From Ignavibacteriota bacterium (lineage in GTDB: Bacteria > Bacteroidota > Ignavibacteria > Palsa-1295): a DNA stretch of 64,000 nt. The position numbers and the translations under genes were made by a program. Where the stretch lies: positions 324,147-388,146 of the forward strand of contig CAVZOL010000009.1 in the NCBI GenBank assembly GCA_963776895.1. Reading direction: 5' to 3'. This document shows positions 36,751 to 47,348 of this stretch, piece after piece; the first letter of the stretch is position 1; the number at the start of each line of letters is the position of its first letter. The notes under the pieces were generated by a model. That model was not told the DNA's origin and ran no database searches. It saw nothing but the letters and a program-made list of their open reading frames with translations.

Positions 36751-37937
36751 CGCCATTGCAGCAGGATGTCCAGTCAGATGATACCGGCGCCATTCTTACC
36801 GATCTCAATACCAATCCTGCGCTCATCAACCAAAAGAATGAGGATGGCTGGACTCCACTCGCCACCGCAGCCTTCAGCGGCAAAACGAAAGCCGCCCGCA
36901 TCCTGCTCGAGCGCGGAGCCACCGTGAACGTCACGGATGAGGATGGCGAATGCCCACTCAGCCTTGCGTCAGCCAACGGTCACACGAAGATCGTCGAGAT
37001 GCTTCTCGCGCACGGCGCGAAAGTCGATAAAGCAAATGAATCGGGCGAGACCCCGCTGTTTCAAGCTTCATCCAAAGGGAAGGCTGATGTCGTAAAACTA
37101 TTGCTTGCCTCGCACGCTAATCTCCATAAACCCCGCCTCGCTGACGATATGACTCCGCTCAATGTGGCGAGTGAATCGGGGTACGATAGCGTGGTGCAAA
37201 TTCTGCTTGCCGCCCATGCTCCGGTTAACCGCGCCACGCACGCGCCGGATGAAGAATCGAATGGATTTACTCCGCTCCATTTTGCGGCCCAGGGTGGCCA
37301 TCTCGACGTCGTAAAAACGCTGCTCGCGCATGGCGCGAATATCAATGCCCGCGCCGCCAACGGGAACCAACCCATCCATCTCTCGACGAGTTGGCATGGG
37401 AACGATGCCACGATGGAATATCTCCTCTCGAAGGGAGCGAAAGTCAACGCGCTGAACAAATATCATCAAACCCCGCTCATTTTTGCAACGTGGGAAGCGC
37501 GAACCTCCGCGATGGTAAAGCTGCTGCGCAAAGGCGCCGATCCGAATATCGGCGATAGCATGGGCGATACGCCGCTGCATCTCGCGTCCCACGCGGGCCG
37601 CGTTGAGCTTGTGATGGATCTGATCTCGCTCGGAGCGAAACCTAATCTGCAAAATAAAAAAGGCCAGACCGCGCTCATGCTCGCCGTGCAAGGGAACTAC
37701 GATGCCGTCGTCGATTCGCTGCTCACGAATCACAGCGATCCTAATCTGAGAGATAGATCGGGCCGAACCGCGCTCTTCTATCTCGATTCCGAAAACTTTC
37801 AGTTCATCGCCCACCTGCTGACGACGTTTGGAACCGATACTACGCTCATCGATAACGACGGCCTGACCGCATCGGAATTTTTGCGCAGCAAACACTATGA
37901 TGTGGTGGTGAAGTATCTTGCCGACCCGTATCATTAA
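36669..37937 (+). CDS. secreted ankyrin-repeat protein
   Basis: Signal peptide MKITRIFLTTFLFTVAATGAMAQ followed by at least 9 ANK repeats (G.TPL..A...G....V..LL..GA..N). Confidence 0.8.
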   Translation: MKITRIFLTTFLFTVAATGAMAQTGVDSPLQQDVQSDDTGAILTDLNTNPALINQKNEDGWTPLATAAFSGKTKAARILLERGATVNVTDEDGECPLSLASANGHTKIVEMLLAHGAKVDKANESGETPLFQASSKGKADVVKLLLASHANLHKPRLADDMTPLNVASESGYDSVVQILLAAHAPVNRATHAPDEESNGFTPLHFAAQGGHLDVVKTLLAHGANINARAANGNQPIHLSTSWHGNDATMEYLLSKGAKVNALNKYHQTPLIFATWEARTSAMVKLLRKGADPNIGDSMGDTPLHLASHAGRVELVMDLISLGAKPNLQNKKGQTALMLAVQGNYDAVVDSLLTNHSDPNLRDRSGRTALFYLDSENFQFIAHLLTTFGTDTTLIDNDGLTASEFLRSKHYDVVVKYLADPYH

Positions 37938-39220
37938 TGGCGGCATGGCGTAAGCGCAACATGGCGGTTCCCGAAGAAGCGCGGCACGATGCCTATGCCG
38001 CGCTGCGCATTCGCGATTTCCGCATTCTTCTGCTGACGCGGCTTGCCATCACGCTCACCGGGATGATGGAAGTCGTGGTGGTGCGGTATCAAGTCTATGG
38101 CTTGACGCACGATCCTCTTCCCATTGGAATAGCCGGACTCGTCGAAGCGATTCCCACGCTCCTTGTTGCGCTCTTTGCCGGCGATATTGCCGACCGCATG
38201 GACCGCCGAAAGTTAGTCCTCCTTTCTCGCGCTGCGCTCATCATTTCCTCGGGAGGATTGCTCGTGCTTTCGTTCCTGATGCCAAGCCTGTATCCGACAA
38301 CCGGGATTTTCCCCATATACGCGATGGTCTTCATTGCAGGCGCCGCGTCTGGATTCTTAGGTCCGGCCACCTTCGCTTACAATGCGGAACTTCTGCCGAA
38401 AGAACTTTACGGTAACGCCGCTGCGTGGAACAGTTCCACCTGGCAGACGGGCGCGATCCTCGGTCCTACTATCGGCGGACTCATCGCGGGATACTTTAGC
38501 ATTTCCGCAGCGTATGTGGCCGATGTCGCGCTTACCATCGTTGCCGTGCTGGCAACGTTCCTCATTGCCCGAAGGCCGTTCATCCCAAAAATATCGAATG
38601 AAACGAGAATACAGAGCATCAAGGCTGGATGGAAATTCGTATTCAGCAGGCAAGCAATATTGGGAGCTATTTCGCTCGATCTGTTTGCCGTGCTCTTCGG
38701 CGGCGCTACGGCAATGCTCCCCGTTTATGCCTCGGAGATCTTTCACGTTGGCGCGCAGGGGCTGGGCTTATTGCAAGCCGCGCCATCGGTTGGAGCAGTA
38801 CTCGTTTCCGTGCTATTCGCGCATTACCGTTTGCGCGGAAATGTTGGCAGACAAATTCTGCTCACCGTATGCGCATTCGGAATTGTGATCGTGCTGTTCG
38901 CAATAACCAGCAATATCTATCTTTCACTTGCGCTGCTGGTGCTCTATGGCGCAACCGACAGCGTAAGCGTCATCATTCGTTCCACTGTTTTTCAACTGAT
39001 GACGCCCGACGAAATGCGCGGGCGCGTCGGTGCGGTCAACGGCATGTTCATTACCACCTCCAACGAGATCGGCGCGTTCGAATCCGGTTTAGCGGCTAAG
39101 TTAATGGGTCTCGTTCCATCCGTAGTGTTTGGCGGAGTAATGACACTCGTGACCGTCGGCGCTGTTGCCGCAATCGCTCCAAAACTGCGCAAACTGCGCG
39201 GCGAAGATTTAGCAGTTTAG
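37937..39220 (+). CDS. MFS transporter
   Basis: 427 aa, 12 predicted TM helices, MFS motif A-like GDIADRMDRRK. Confidence 0.75.
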   Translation: MAAWRKRNMAVPEEARHDAYAALRIRDFRILLLTRLAITLTGMMEVVVVRYQVYGLTHDPLPIGIAGLVEAIPTLLVALFAGDIADRMDRRKLVLLSRAALIISSGGLLVLSFLMPSLYPTTGIFPIYAMVFIAGAASGFLGPATFAYNAELLPKELYGNAAAWNSSTWQTGAILGPTIGGLIAGYFSISAAYVADVALTIVAVLATFLIARRPFIPKISNETRIQSIKAGWKFVFSRQAILGAISLDLFAVLFGGATAMLPVYASEIFHVGAQGLGLLQAAPSVGAVLVSVLFAHYRLRGNVGRQILLTVCAFGIVIVLFAITSNIYLSLALLVLYGATDSVSVIIRSTVFQLMTPDEMRGRVGAVNGMFITTSNEIGAFESGLAAKLMGLVPSVVFGGVMTLVTVGAVAAIAPKLRKLRGEDLAV

Positions 39221-39395
39221 AATTTGGAATTCATTCTTTGTAGTGGCGCGGTTCCCGCGCTTCTCGCAATCGAGAAAAGTCATAAATTCGGCAAAATCTC
39301 GAAAGCGCGGAGACCGCGCCACTACACGTTATTTCAATTATCCCCTTTAACTCATCTTGAACTTAATTGGAAATTTCAATCGTTAATCCTTCACA

Positions 39396-39860
39396 ATGAA
39401 TCACATTCAAAAGATCACCATCAAACACTGTGCGTTCGCCACGCTAATTATGGGCATGGCAATCGTTACCATTGCTGTGACGAACTCCTGCTCGTCCCAC
39501 ACGCCAAAACCGGCGACAGCGGTTCCCGATCAGGCGTTTCAGGATACCATTCATTTGGTGTCGAGTCCGGAAATGGTTACGCTCACGAGCTTTGGCGCGG
39601 CGGACACCGTCCAGCTATGGCAATCGTGCCGATGCTTGTTTACGCTGCAGCAAACCGGACAGGGCGGCGATACGAAATTCTTTCTCGTCCATCGCATTGA
39701 CCCCGATACCGGTTTTCTTCCGCTTCACGAAATTGCGTTTGCTGCGCCGGCAAGCGGGAAGGTAAATCAACCGTATTCCGCGTGGTACGCTTTCTCCACC
39801 ATAGACCATTTCAGGAACACAAAATACGACACCGTGCGCGTGAGCGGGTATTTTAAATAA
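39396..39860 (+). CDS. hypothetical lipoprotein
   Basis: Signal peptide ending VTNSCSS. Confidence 0.45.
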   Translation: MNHIQKITIKHCAFATLIMGMAIVTIAVTNSCSSHTPKPATAVPDQAFQDTIHLVSSPEMVTLTSFGAADTVQLWQSCRCLFTLQQTGQGGDTKFFLVHRIDPDTGFLPLHEIAFAAPASGKVNQPYSAWYAFSTIDHFRNTKYDTVRVSGYFK

Positions 39861-39881
39861 GAACTTGTGTTAATACAAAAT

Positions 39882-41519
39882 TTACCTCGTAATCGCAAGA
39901 TTAATATAGTTCACCTGATTCCCCACGCGAACTCGGCAGACGTAATTCCCGGAGGGCAGCGTTTCTGTGCCAAGCGAAATGGATTGTGGGCCAGCGTTTA
40001 AATAATCTTCGGAAACGAGCCGAACCTGATTGCCGAGCACATCATAAATAGCAATTTGTGTGAGGCTACGTTCCGGCAATGTGAAGGTTAGCGTCATGCC
40101 GCCATTCGTGGGATTAGGGAACACTTCCGGATTGAACCAATCGGGCACCGGCACGGACGGACTTACACCGTCGAGCGCGCAGGAACCGTGTGAAAGGCAA
40201 TCATCCGCCCCCGGACAATACAGCTTCTGAAATTCACAGCTATCCTCATTTGTCAGTTGAAGAGGTGGCTGATTGGGACTAATGACCGGTCCCATTACAG
40301 TATGGAAGCCACCGTCTATTGCATGGGGATTAGGAATATAGGCAGTGCCATTTAAGATCCACGGAGGGTTCTCGGTATAACAATTGGAGCAGGTTATGTT
40401 ATGAAGAGTATCAACCTGATCGGGATGGGTCATACCAAGAAAATGTCCTATTTCATGTTCCATGAGCTGATAGAAGCTGATGCTACTGAAACCAGTATAT
40501 ACGGATGGAATGCCTGTCTGTGAGGTGTAAAAACCATATTGGGGAACCGAATGCAGGATGTATTTTGTGTATGCTGGATTAGGAACAATCGGAGTTACCG
40601 ATTGTTCGAAAAAATTGTATGTTACGTTCAATTGGATATAACGAGCGAAAGTCGGACATACCGACGTGTCGTCACATGCAGGAAATCCAGACTGTGCCCA
40701 GCCTCCGACTGCCTCAGCCGGAACGCCGACAGCATCCTGTCCAGTGCCAAAATCTCTGGCATTCGAATCCATTACAACGTGCAGGCAGCATCCGCTCAAC
40801 GAAACTGAGGGAGGAACGGGTGGCTCGCAGATGTTAAGCCAGTTGTGAAGCGCATTATTTGCGTCGGTATCGGCCAGAGCTTGGCTCCAAATTGTATCGT
40901 ATGGAACGTCGTTGCCAGTGAAGTGTCGCGTCGAATCGGTTTGGTATGTGGTATATTGTGCTTCATAATCGATGAATGCTTCGAAATCATGACTCCAATA
41001 ATTATTAGCAAAGTTTGTGGCTGTATCATCTAATCCTGTCGTATTTATTTCTTCCGAGCCACTATCTGCAAAAAAATTAATACTATCCAAGTTCCATTGC
41101 TCCAGACCAGCAACATAAGCGCTGGAATCGGAAAGCCAGTAAGATGCATCGTGGTTATATGGAACAGCCCATGGAGGCTGGAGGAAGGTAGAATCCGTTA
41201 AGCAGCTATCACGATAATTATTCCAGACTGTTGTTCTGCCTGGGGGCATCTCCGTGAAAGCCGGCACACCCGTCTGCGGCTGATAAATACCCTGTGAGGG
41301 CATATTATCAACCGTGACACAGGAGGGAATAAAAGACATCGTTGGCGAGCCGTCCTCGTGCGGAGAATTCGAGCACATATAATATTGTGTGCCGCTGTCT
41401 GTGCAGAAATAGTACACAAAACATTCGTTGCAGCAATTGAGGGTGCAGGTCGCTTGCGCAAACGCACGATTCGAAATCGGAATCAACAATAGCGGAACTA
41501 TTACAATTAGGCGCTTCAT
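39882..41519 (-). CDS. secreted metzincin-type zinc metalloprotease with T9SS C-terminal domain
   Basis: HEIGHFLGMTHPD (HExxHxxGxxH), signal peptide, C-terminal FPNPTNGGMTLTF…YDVLGNQV…GNYVCRV sorting domain. Confidence 0.75.
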   Translation of the reverse strand: MKRLIVIVPLLLIPISNRAFAQATCTLNCCNECFVYYFCTDSGTQYYMCSNSPHEDGSPTMSFIPSCVTVDNMPSQGIYQPQTGVPAFTEMPPGRTTVWNNYRDSCLTDSTFLQPPWAVPYNHDASYWLSDSSAYVAGLEQWNLDSINFFADSGSEEINTTGLDDTATNFANNYWSHDFEAFIDYEAQYTTYQTDSTRHFTGNDVPYDTIWSQALADTDANNALHNWLNICEPPVPPSVSLSGCCLHVVMDSNARDFGTGQDAVGVPAEAVGGWAQSGFPACDDTSVCPTFARYIQLNVTYNFFEQSVTPIVPNPAYTKYILHSVPQYGFYTSQTGIPSVYTGFSSISFYQLMEHEIGHFLGMTHPDQVDTLHNITCSNCYTENPPWILNGTAYIPNPHAIDGGFHTVMGPVISPNQPPLQLTNEDSCEFQKLYCPGADDCLSHGSCALDGVSPSVPVPDWFNPEVFPNPTNGGMTLTFTLPERSLTQIAIYDVLGNQVRLVSEDYLNAGPQSISLGTETLPSGNYVCRVRVGNQVNYINLAITR

Positions 41520-41549
41520 GATTAGTTACTCCTTAATTAATGATTTAGA

Positions 41550-42534
41550 TTATGGAGTAATAAGAGCAGTAATTTTCGCTCTCAATGCTGCCTTCCATGC
41601 TGAAACAGTAAGATATGTTCCGCCTAAGTCAAGATCGTCATGCGGGTATTGCACGATTCCATCCACGACAGGATACATTCCGCAACTACTTCCGAAAGCA
41701 ACAGATGGCTCGGCCGTGAAAAAGTAATTTGTGCTATTGTTTCCAACACCCGTAAAACAAAGGAATATGATATACTCCTGCCCCGGTTTTATCCACCCCC
41801 CGAGCATGGGGCTCATCTCATTGTTTGGGTTTAGCTTCCACTCGGGCGAATATTCGAATTGAAGGCATGTGCCCGTGCTCGCGGTATCAGCAGGGACAGC
41901 CGAAGTAGCAGGCGTGCCGCAGTCCTAACGTTGAAGCTCCTCTTTCGCCCGCCTTAGGAGACTCAGTACATGCTGGAACCCATTTTCCCTTGATCTCATC
42001 GTTAATCACACAATTGACGAGGATGGCGTCCTTAGCGACGTTGGCAGTTGGGTCGGAAAAGCAGGTGGTATCCGAAACCGTAACGTCCGAAATAATCAAA
42101 GATGAAAGAAGCACATACGCAATGCCCGTCGGCTCAATCTGGGACACCTGTTTTATAAAAGCATACTTCGCCTGACCAGGATCGGCTTGGTACGGGTATG
42201 GCTTCTTTCCATAGTCATTCCAATTATAATATGAAATCGGATTATCATCCTGAATTTGATAGAGATTACTCGCTATAGTCTGCGCGGTATCGTTCCACGA
42301 GAGGGAATTAATATAGCTCGCGATTGCTGGCTCTGGTTCGAGTCGCATGAGGTCGTCGAGCCACAGATACGCTGTAGTAACCGCCGAAGGTTGGCCGAGA
42401 TATAACGGAGGTGCGGACGTATCGAGCGGGATGCTATAAAGCAATGCTCCGTAATATGCGGGGATTTGTGCGTGGGACGTATTAACCACGAAAACCACGC
42501 TAAGAAGAAGAACGGGGAAGATGATTCGTTTCAT
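41550..42534 (-). CDS. hypothetical secreted protein; the two track ORFs (41887..42534 and 41550..41816) probably form one gene split by a frameshift near 41900
   Basis: Upstream ORF ends in an implausible Cys-rich tail (ACYFGCPC) while the adjacent frame stays open for a further 125 aa with protein-like composition. Confidence 0.4.
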
Positions 42535-42688
42535 AAAAATCCTTTCAGAAGTTAATGTTTGCTAAAAGAAAACGCACGTTGCTATGTCCTGAATATAAAT
42601 ATACGACATTTTTTATCGCACACACACTAATGGACTGTCAACCCATTGGACTGTTGATTGTCGTGTCTGTTTTTAGTAATTTATATTT

Positions 42689-42916
42689 GTGAAAAAAAGT
42701 GATAGTAAATTGCTCCGAAGGGTCGGTACTAATCTTAGAAAATTGCGCGAAAGTAAAGGAATATCTCAGGAAAAATTCGCGGAGTTGTGTAGGCTGCATA
42801 GGAACTATATAGGTGAAATTGAAAGAGGAGAAGCCAATTTAACTTTTATTACTTATGAAAGAATATGCCATGCGCTAAATGTAGATCCCGCCTCACCTTT
42901 CACTGCTCCCAAATAA
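42689..42916 (+). CDS. XRE-family (Cro/CI-type HTH) transcriptional regulator
   Basis: 75 aa; LRKLRESKGISQEKFAELCRLHRNYIGEIERGEANLTF. Confidence 0.75.
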   Translation: MKKSDSKLLRRVGTNLRKLRESKGISQEKFAELCRLHRNYIGEIERGEANLTFITYERICHALNVDPASPFTAPK

Positions 42917-43064
42917 AAATAACGACGACTTCCTTCACTTTACAGGAACCGCTTTTGCCTTCTGGCAATTTACAGGGCTTCTGTTATTCGCATCGCTAAT
43001 TTTTAGCTAAAAAGGCTGATTCCGGCGATTTCCTTCAGTTTTTAAGTAGTTTCATACATTCGGT

Positions 43065-43104
43065 GGGGACCACCCCCAAACCCCCTCCTTAAAAAGGAGG
43101 GGGA
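43065..43104. repeat. GC-rich hairpin element copy C, about 27 nt upstream of the exbB ATG
   Basis: GGACCACCCCCAAACCCCCTCCTTAAAAAGGAGGGGGATA. Confidence 0.7.
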
Positions 43105-43130
43105 TATTCTAAAAACAACGTCACGAATCC

Positions 43131-43925
43131 ATGAAGAAAAATTCTCTTTTTGTAACGATCGTCATTTCAACGGCTTTTGTCGCTGCCGTGCTCATTTATA
43201 TGTTTATTTTCGGCGCGGATATGCACTTCGCCGATGCCGCCACAAAAGAGCATCCGAAGGATGTAATGGGCATCATCTATACGGGCGGAATTATCGTGCC
43301 ACTGCTGCTCATGCTTACGATCATGGTCTTTACGTTCATCATCGAGCGTTTCTTTTCGCTTGCGAAGGCGAAGGGCACTGGCGATCTCGGCAAATTCCTG
43401 GCGAATGTGGAAGCAAGCCTCAATGCCGGCAATGTCGATGGAGCCATTGAACTCTGTGCAAAACAGCGCGGAACCGTGGCCAATATCCTTCGCGCCGGAC
43501 TCGAAAGCTTCAAGAAAGTACGTAACGAGAACAGCATGGCAGCCACGCTGAAGCTCGCGGAAGTAAAGCGCACCATCGAAGAAGCCACGAGCATCGAAAC
43601 ACCGCTTTTGGAGCGCAATCTGATCGGCCTTTCGACGATCGCCTCCATCTCGACAATGGTCGGTCTGCTCGGAACGGTGCTTGGTATGATTCGGTCGTTC
43701 CGCGCACTTGGCGAGCAGGGCGCGGCAAGCGCTACGCAGCTTTCGATCGGTATTTCTGAGGCGCTCGTGAACACGGCATTTGGAATTTTCGGCGCTATCA
43801 TCGCCATCGTATTCTACAATTTCTTCACCACAAAAGTCGATGGGTTTATCTACACGATCGACGAAGCATGCCTGAATCTGGTCGAAACGCTCGAAACCCG
43901 TTTTCTGACAAAGGCGTCCGCATAA
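43131..43925 (+). CDS. exbB: MotA/TolQ/ExbB proton-channel family protein
   Basis: 264 aa; three TM helices and conserved C-terminal channel region (GLLGTVLGMIRSF…ALVNTAFGIFGAIIAIV). Confidence 0.85.
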   Translation: MKKNSLFVTIVISTAFVAAVLIYMFIFGADMHFADAATKEHPKDVMGIIYTGGIIVPLLLMLTIMVFTFIIERFFSLAKAKGTGDLGKFLANVEASLNAGNVDGAIELCAKQRGTVANILRAGLESFKKVRNENSMAATLKLAEVKRTIEEATSIETPLLERNLIGLSTIASISTMVGLLGTVLGMIRSFRALGEQGAASATQLSIGISEALVNTAFGIFGAIIAIVFYNFFTTKVDGFIYTIDEACLNLVETLETRFLTKASA

Positions 43926-43928
43926 AAA

Positions 43929-44001
43929 TGTAGCGCCGGCGTCCTCGCCGGTCCCCGTCTATTAGGGGATAGGGGAACCGGCGAGGACGCCGGCGCTACA
44001 A
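43929..44001. other. long hairpin (about 27-bp stem) in the exbB-exbD intergenic region
   Basis: TGTAGCGCCGGCGTCCTCGCCGGTCCCC…GGGGAACCGGCGAGGACGCCGGCGCTACA, one bulge. Confidence 0.7.
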
Positions 44002-44025
44002 AAATTGAGATAAAAAATTACGAAC

Positions 44026-44482
44026 ATGGCAAAAAACAAAATAAAACGCCACAGCTACCGTTTGGACATGACCCCGATGGTCGATGTCGGCTTTTTGCTG
44101 CTTACCTTTTTCATGTTGACAGCGAAATTCAAGCCGCAGTCGGATGAACCGCTCCAGATCGAGCTTCCGGTTGCCATTGCTGACACCACCAAGCTTCCGG
44201 ACGCCGAATATCGCAACGATAGAGGTTGGCCTTAAACCCCGCCCGAACGGACAGGTCGATACCATCATCGAATACGGACTTTCGAATGATAAGGATCGTG
44301 CGCCCATCTACAAACCGCTGAATCTTCAAGACCCGAAAACCGGGCAACCACTAACCCCCGCACAGCTTGCGATGAAAGCAGGTGTTGTTGTCACAAAAGC
44401 TGCAGCTCGAAAACGTCGTTTTGCAAACCCGCTTGCAGAACCCCTCGAATGCGCTTTGCGATCAATGCGGATTCTGCCGTGA
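44026..44482 (+). CDS. exbD: ExbD/TolR biopolymer transport protein, interrupted by a 1-nt insertion near 44200
   Basis: N-terminal [19 protein letters not shown] in ORF 44026..44235; continuation [23 protein letters not shown] in ORF 44144..44482. Confidence 0.75.
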
Positions 44483-44629
44483 CTTTCGGCACGATCTACT
44501 GACGTCATGCACGCCTTACAGAAAAATGGCGCAACCCGCATGAATTTAGTGACCATGAATAAAGAAAAAGGATAACCAGATACCCAAACAACTCGAGGGT
44601 TTCGTGAATAAAGAATAAGGAAATATCTC

Positions 44630-45127
44630 ATGGCTGAAATCGTTCAAAGTGGAGGAAAGAAAGGCAAAGGCAGAAAGCGCGCCCGCTTAGGAGTTCGTTT
44701 GGATATGACTCCGATGGTCGACGTCGCGTTTCTGTTGCTCACATTCTTTATGCTGACGACCACCCTGCTTACTCCACAGGTCATGGAGATCACGATGCCG
44801 CCGGATTCGAAGATACCGGTCGAGATCGCGGAATCGAATTTGCTGACACTTCGCATCCGCGCGGATATGGCCGTCTTTTGGAATATGGGAACCGAAGCGC
44901 CGCAAAAGATCGCCGAGAGCGACGTTCCAAAGATACTCAAGGAGCATCTCCAGATCAATCCGAAGCTTTCGACGCTCATCAAGATCGACCGCAAGGCAAA
45001 ATACCAAACGCTCGTCACGATGGTGGACGATCTCAACGAAACGGAAGCCGAGCTCCATCAAACCGAAAAACGATTTAGCTTGGTCGCCATGGACGATACG
45101 GATCTGAAATTGGTGGGAGGAATGTAA
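44630..45127 (+). CDS. exbD: ExbD/TolR biopolymer transport protein (second copy)
   Basis: 165 aa; [19 protein letters not shown]. Confidence 0.85.
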   Translation: MAEIVQSGGKKGKGRKRARLGVRLDMTPMVDVAFLLLTFFMLTTTLLTPQVMEITMPPDSKIPVEIAESNLLTLRIRADMAVFWNMGTEAPQKIAESDVPKILKEHLQINPKLSTLIKIDRKAKYQTLVTMVDDLNETEAELHQTEKRFSLVAMDDTDLKLVGGM

Positions 45128-45129
45128 CA

Positions 45130-45870
45130 ATGGCACTCAGTAATTTAATATCGGAACAGCTCGAACAATACGGGGGCGTTGATCTTAAGAAAAACCAGAA
45201 CCGGTATTTCTCGAATGCGCTTGGTATTTCGATCGCCCTGCATTTGCTTCTGGTTTTGATTTACGTTGGCTGGACGTGGTTCTCGACCGCCGATGAGCGA
45301 GCGCACATTCCACATGTCCATTCCGTCATTGATCTCGCGCCGCCTCCATCCATCGATAACGAGGATGTACAACCTGTCACCCCACCTCCGCCAAGTAATG
45401 TCGTGAAACCGAATCTTGGTGTGCCGGTGCCGGTTCCCGATGCCATCGCGCCGCAACTCACGCTGCCGGATATGAATCAGCCGACGCCACAGGCTATCTC
45501 GGGCAATGGCCCGGTGACGGCAAACGCGCCGACGGAATTACATATTGCAGCGCCCGTCAAGGAAGAAGCTCCCGGTATCGACGATTTTGTCAGCCTTGAC
45601 AAAGAACCGGAACCCGTGCAATCGCTCGAATCGCTTATTAAATACCCCCAGGTCGCCCAAAGAAGCGGGCTGGAGGGAGACGTCGTTTTACGAGTATTGG
45701 TCGGGAAGACCGGAAGCGTCGATAGTATTGTGATAGAGAAATCGAATTATGATCTTTTCAAGGATGCTGCAATCGACGCGATGAAGAAAGCGAAATATAC
45801 CCCAGCAGTACAGAATGGATCCCCCATTAGAGTTTGGACCGATGCGGTCATCCATTTTAAGTTGAAATAA
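45130..45870 (+). CDS. tonB: TonB-family energy transducer
   Basis: N-terminal TM, Pro-rich spacer, C-terminal TonB domain (YPQVAQRSGLEGDVVLRVLVGKTGSV). Confidence 0.8.
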   Translation: MALSNLISEQLEQYGGVDLKKNQNRYFSNALGISIALHLLLVLIYVGWTWFSTADERAHIPHVHSVIDLAPPPSIDNEDVQPVTPPPPSNVVKPNLGVPVPVPDAIAPQLTLPDMNQPTPQAISGNGPVTANAPTELHIAAPVKEEAPGIDDFVSLDKEPEPVQSLESLIKYPQVAQRSGLEGDVVLRVLVGKTGSVDSIVIEKSNYDLFKDAAIDAMKKAKYTPAVQNGSPIRVWTDAVIHFKLK

Positions 45871-45981
45871 TTTTTCTTCTATAGTTGCGGCGTGGAATTT
45901 TTCAGCCCAACTACACCCATCCACTGCAACAGATTAACTCAGTAATTGTGGGTGGGAGCGACATATTAGCACACTCACACC

Positions 45982-46275
45982 ATGCCACCACCCACCTCCC
46001 GCCGGAAGATCGAACGGCCACCGAACAAGATCGCCGCGATCGTCTATCTCCTGATCGGATTCATGGCGCTGGGCGTCGCCGCTTTTGTTTTGCTGTATCA
46101 AAAGTCGGTCGCTGGCCCTACATCCAATGCGTGGATCGGCTTTGGAATAGTCATTGCGCTCTACGGCGTGTTCCGAATCTATACCGGAGTCTCCACCCTA
46201 CGCAAAGCCGCGAATATGAATAATTCCCATCCTATGAATGGACAGAGTTCCGAATCTAAACTGCCGCTTTCATGA
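45982..46275 (+). CDS. small two-TM membrane protein
   Basis: Two hydrophobic helices, conserved position between tonB and the PstS-like gene. Confidence 0.4.
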   Translation: MPPPTSRRKIERPPNKIAAIVYLLIGFMALGVAAFVLLYQKSVAGPTSNAWIGFGIVIALYGVFRIYTGVSTLRKAANMNNSHPMNGQSSESKLPLS

Positions 46276-47178
46276 TGACGCGCAGATCGTTCATTCCCCT
46301 GCTGGCGCTGGTGCTCCTAACCTCGTGTGGCAAACAGGATAATTCCCCAACCACCGAAACTGCGACCTCCGGAAGCTTTCAGCTCGTGGCAGATGAAGTG
46401 CTCAAACCCGCGATCGACAGCCTTGTTACCGGCTTTATGATTGAGAATCCCGGCGCGACTATTACCGTGAAATACACGAGCGCCACGGAAGCCGTGCTCG
46501 ATCTCCTCAATCACGAGACACGAGCGATCATTATTGACCGCCAGCTTACGCCCGCCGAGCGGCTCATCGTCGAAAAAGATTCCGTACCACTGCCGGATTA
46601 CCGGCTTGCCGAAGACGGCATTGGTTGCATCGTTTCTGCAAAAAATCCTGCAACCACGATCCGCAAAAGCGATCTCCAAAAAATGTTTGCCGGAGAAACG
46701 ACCACTTGGGGCGACGTTACGCTGGTGCTTCCAGCCTATCCATCGAGCACGGAATATGTGCTCAATTCCACATTGAATAACGGCAATGAACCTAAATCGA
46801 AATATCTGATGCGGTTTACCACAAGCGATAGCATCGCCGCGTATGTTGCCAGCCATCCAAAAGCCATAGGATTCATCGGCTCCGCATGGAAGCACGCACT
46901 CGAAGCAAAGGGCGATTCGAGCATAAAAGTGCTTCCGGTCATTCCAGCGGATTCCAGCTCGCGCGGCCTTATAGAGCCTGTTCTCTTACACATGGCCTAT
47001 ATTGCTGAAGGACTATACCCGCTCGTTACGAAAGCTTATGGATATTCGTACCGAGGTTCCGAATACGCTGCCGCGTGGTTTTCTGGCCTACGCCTCCACC
47101 GCGCACGGACAGACCGTATTTAAGGATTTCGATGTGCTGCCGATCACCCAGCCCATCCGACTCGTACCGAGCAAGTAG
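46272..47178 (+). CDS. PstS-like periplasmic substrate-binding protein (TonB-cluster associated), interrupted by a 1-nt insertion near 47064
   Basis: Lipoprotein signal (LLTSCG). PBP-fold motifs; the true C-terminus TLPRGFLAYASTAHGQTVFKDFDVLPI lies in the +1 frame after YPLVTKAYGYSYRGSE. Confidence 0.7.
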
Positions 47179-47262
47179 AACCAGGATTTACAGGATTGAC
47201 CAAGATTTACAGGATTGACCAAGATTTACAGGATTGACCAAGATTTACAGGATGGATAGGAT
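47171..47262. repeat. tandem repeat CAAGATTTACAGGATTGAC x4
   Basis: Direct read; reverse complement contains ATCCTGTAAATC, linking it to the 15880/34820 repeat family. Confidence 0.75.
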
Positions 47263-47348
47263 TGCCCGGATAAGGCACCCTGAAATTATCCATATTTAAA
47301 TCAATGCATTTTCCCCGATTCTACGAATAATTTTAGGAAGATAGTCGT

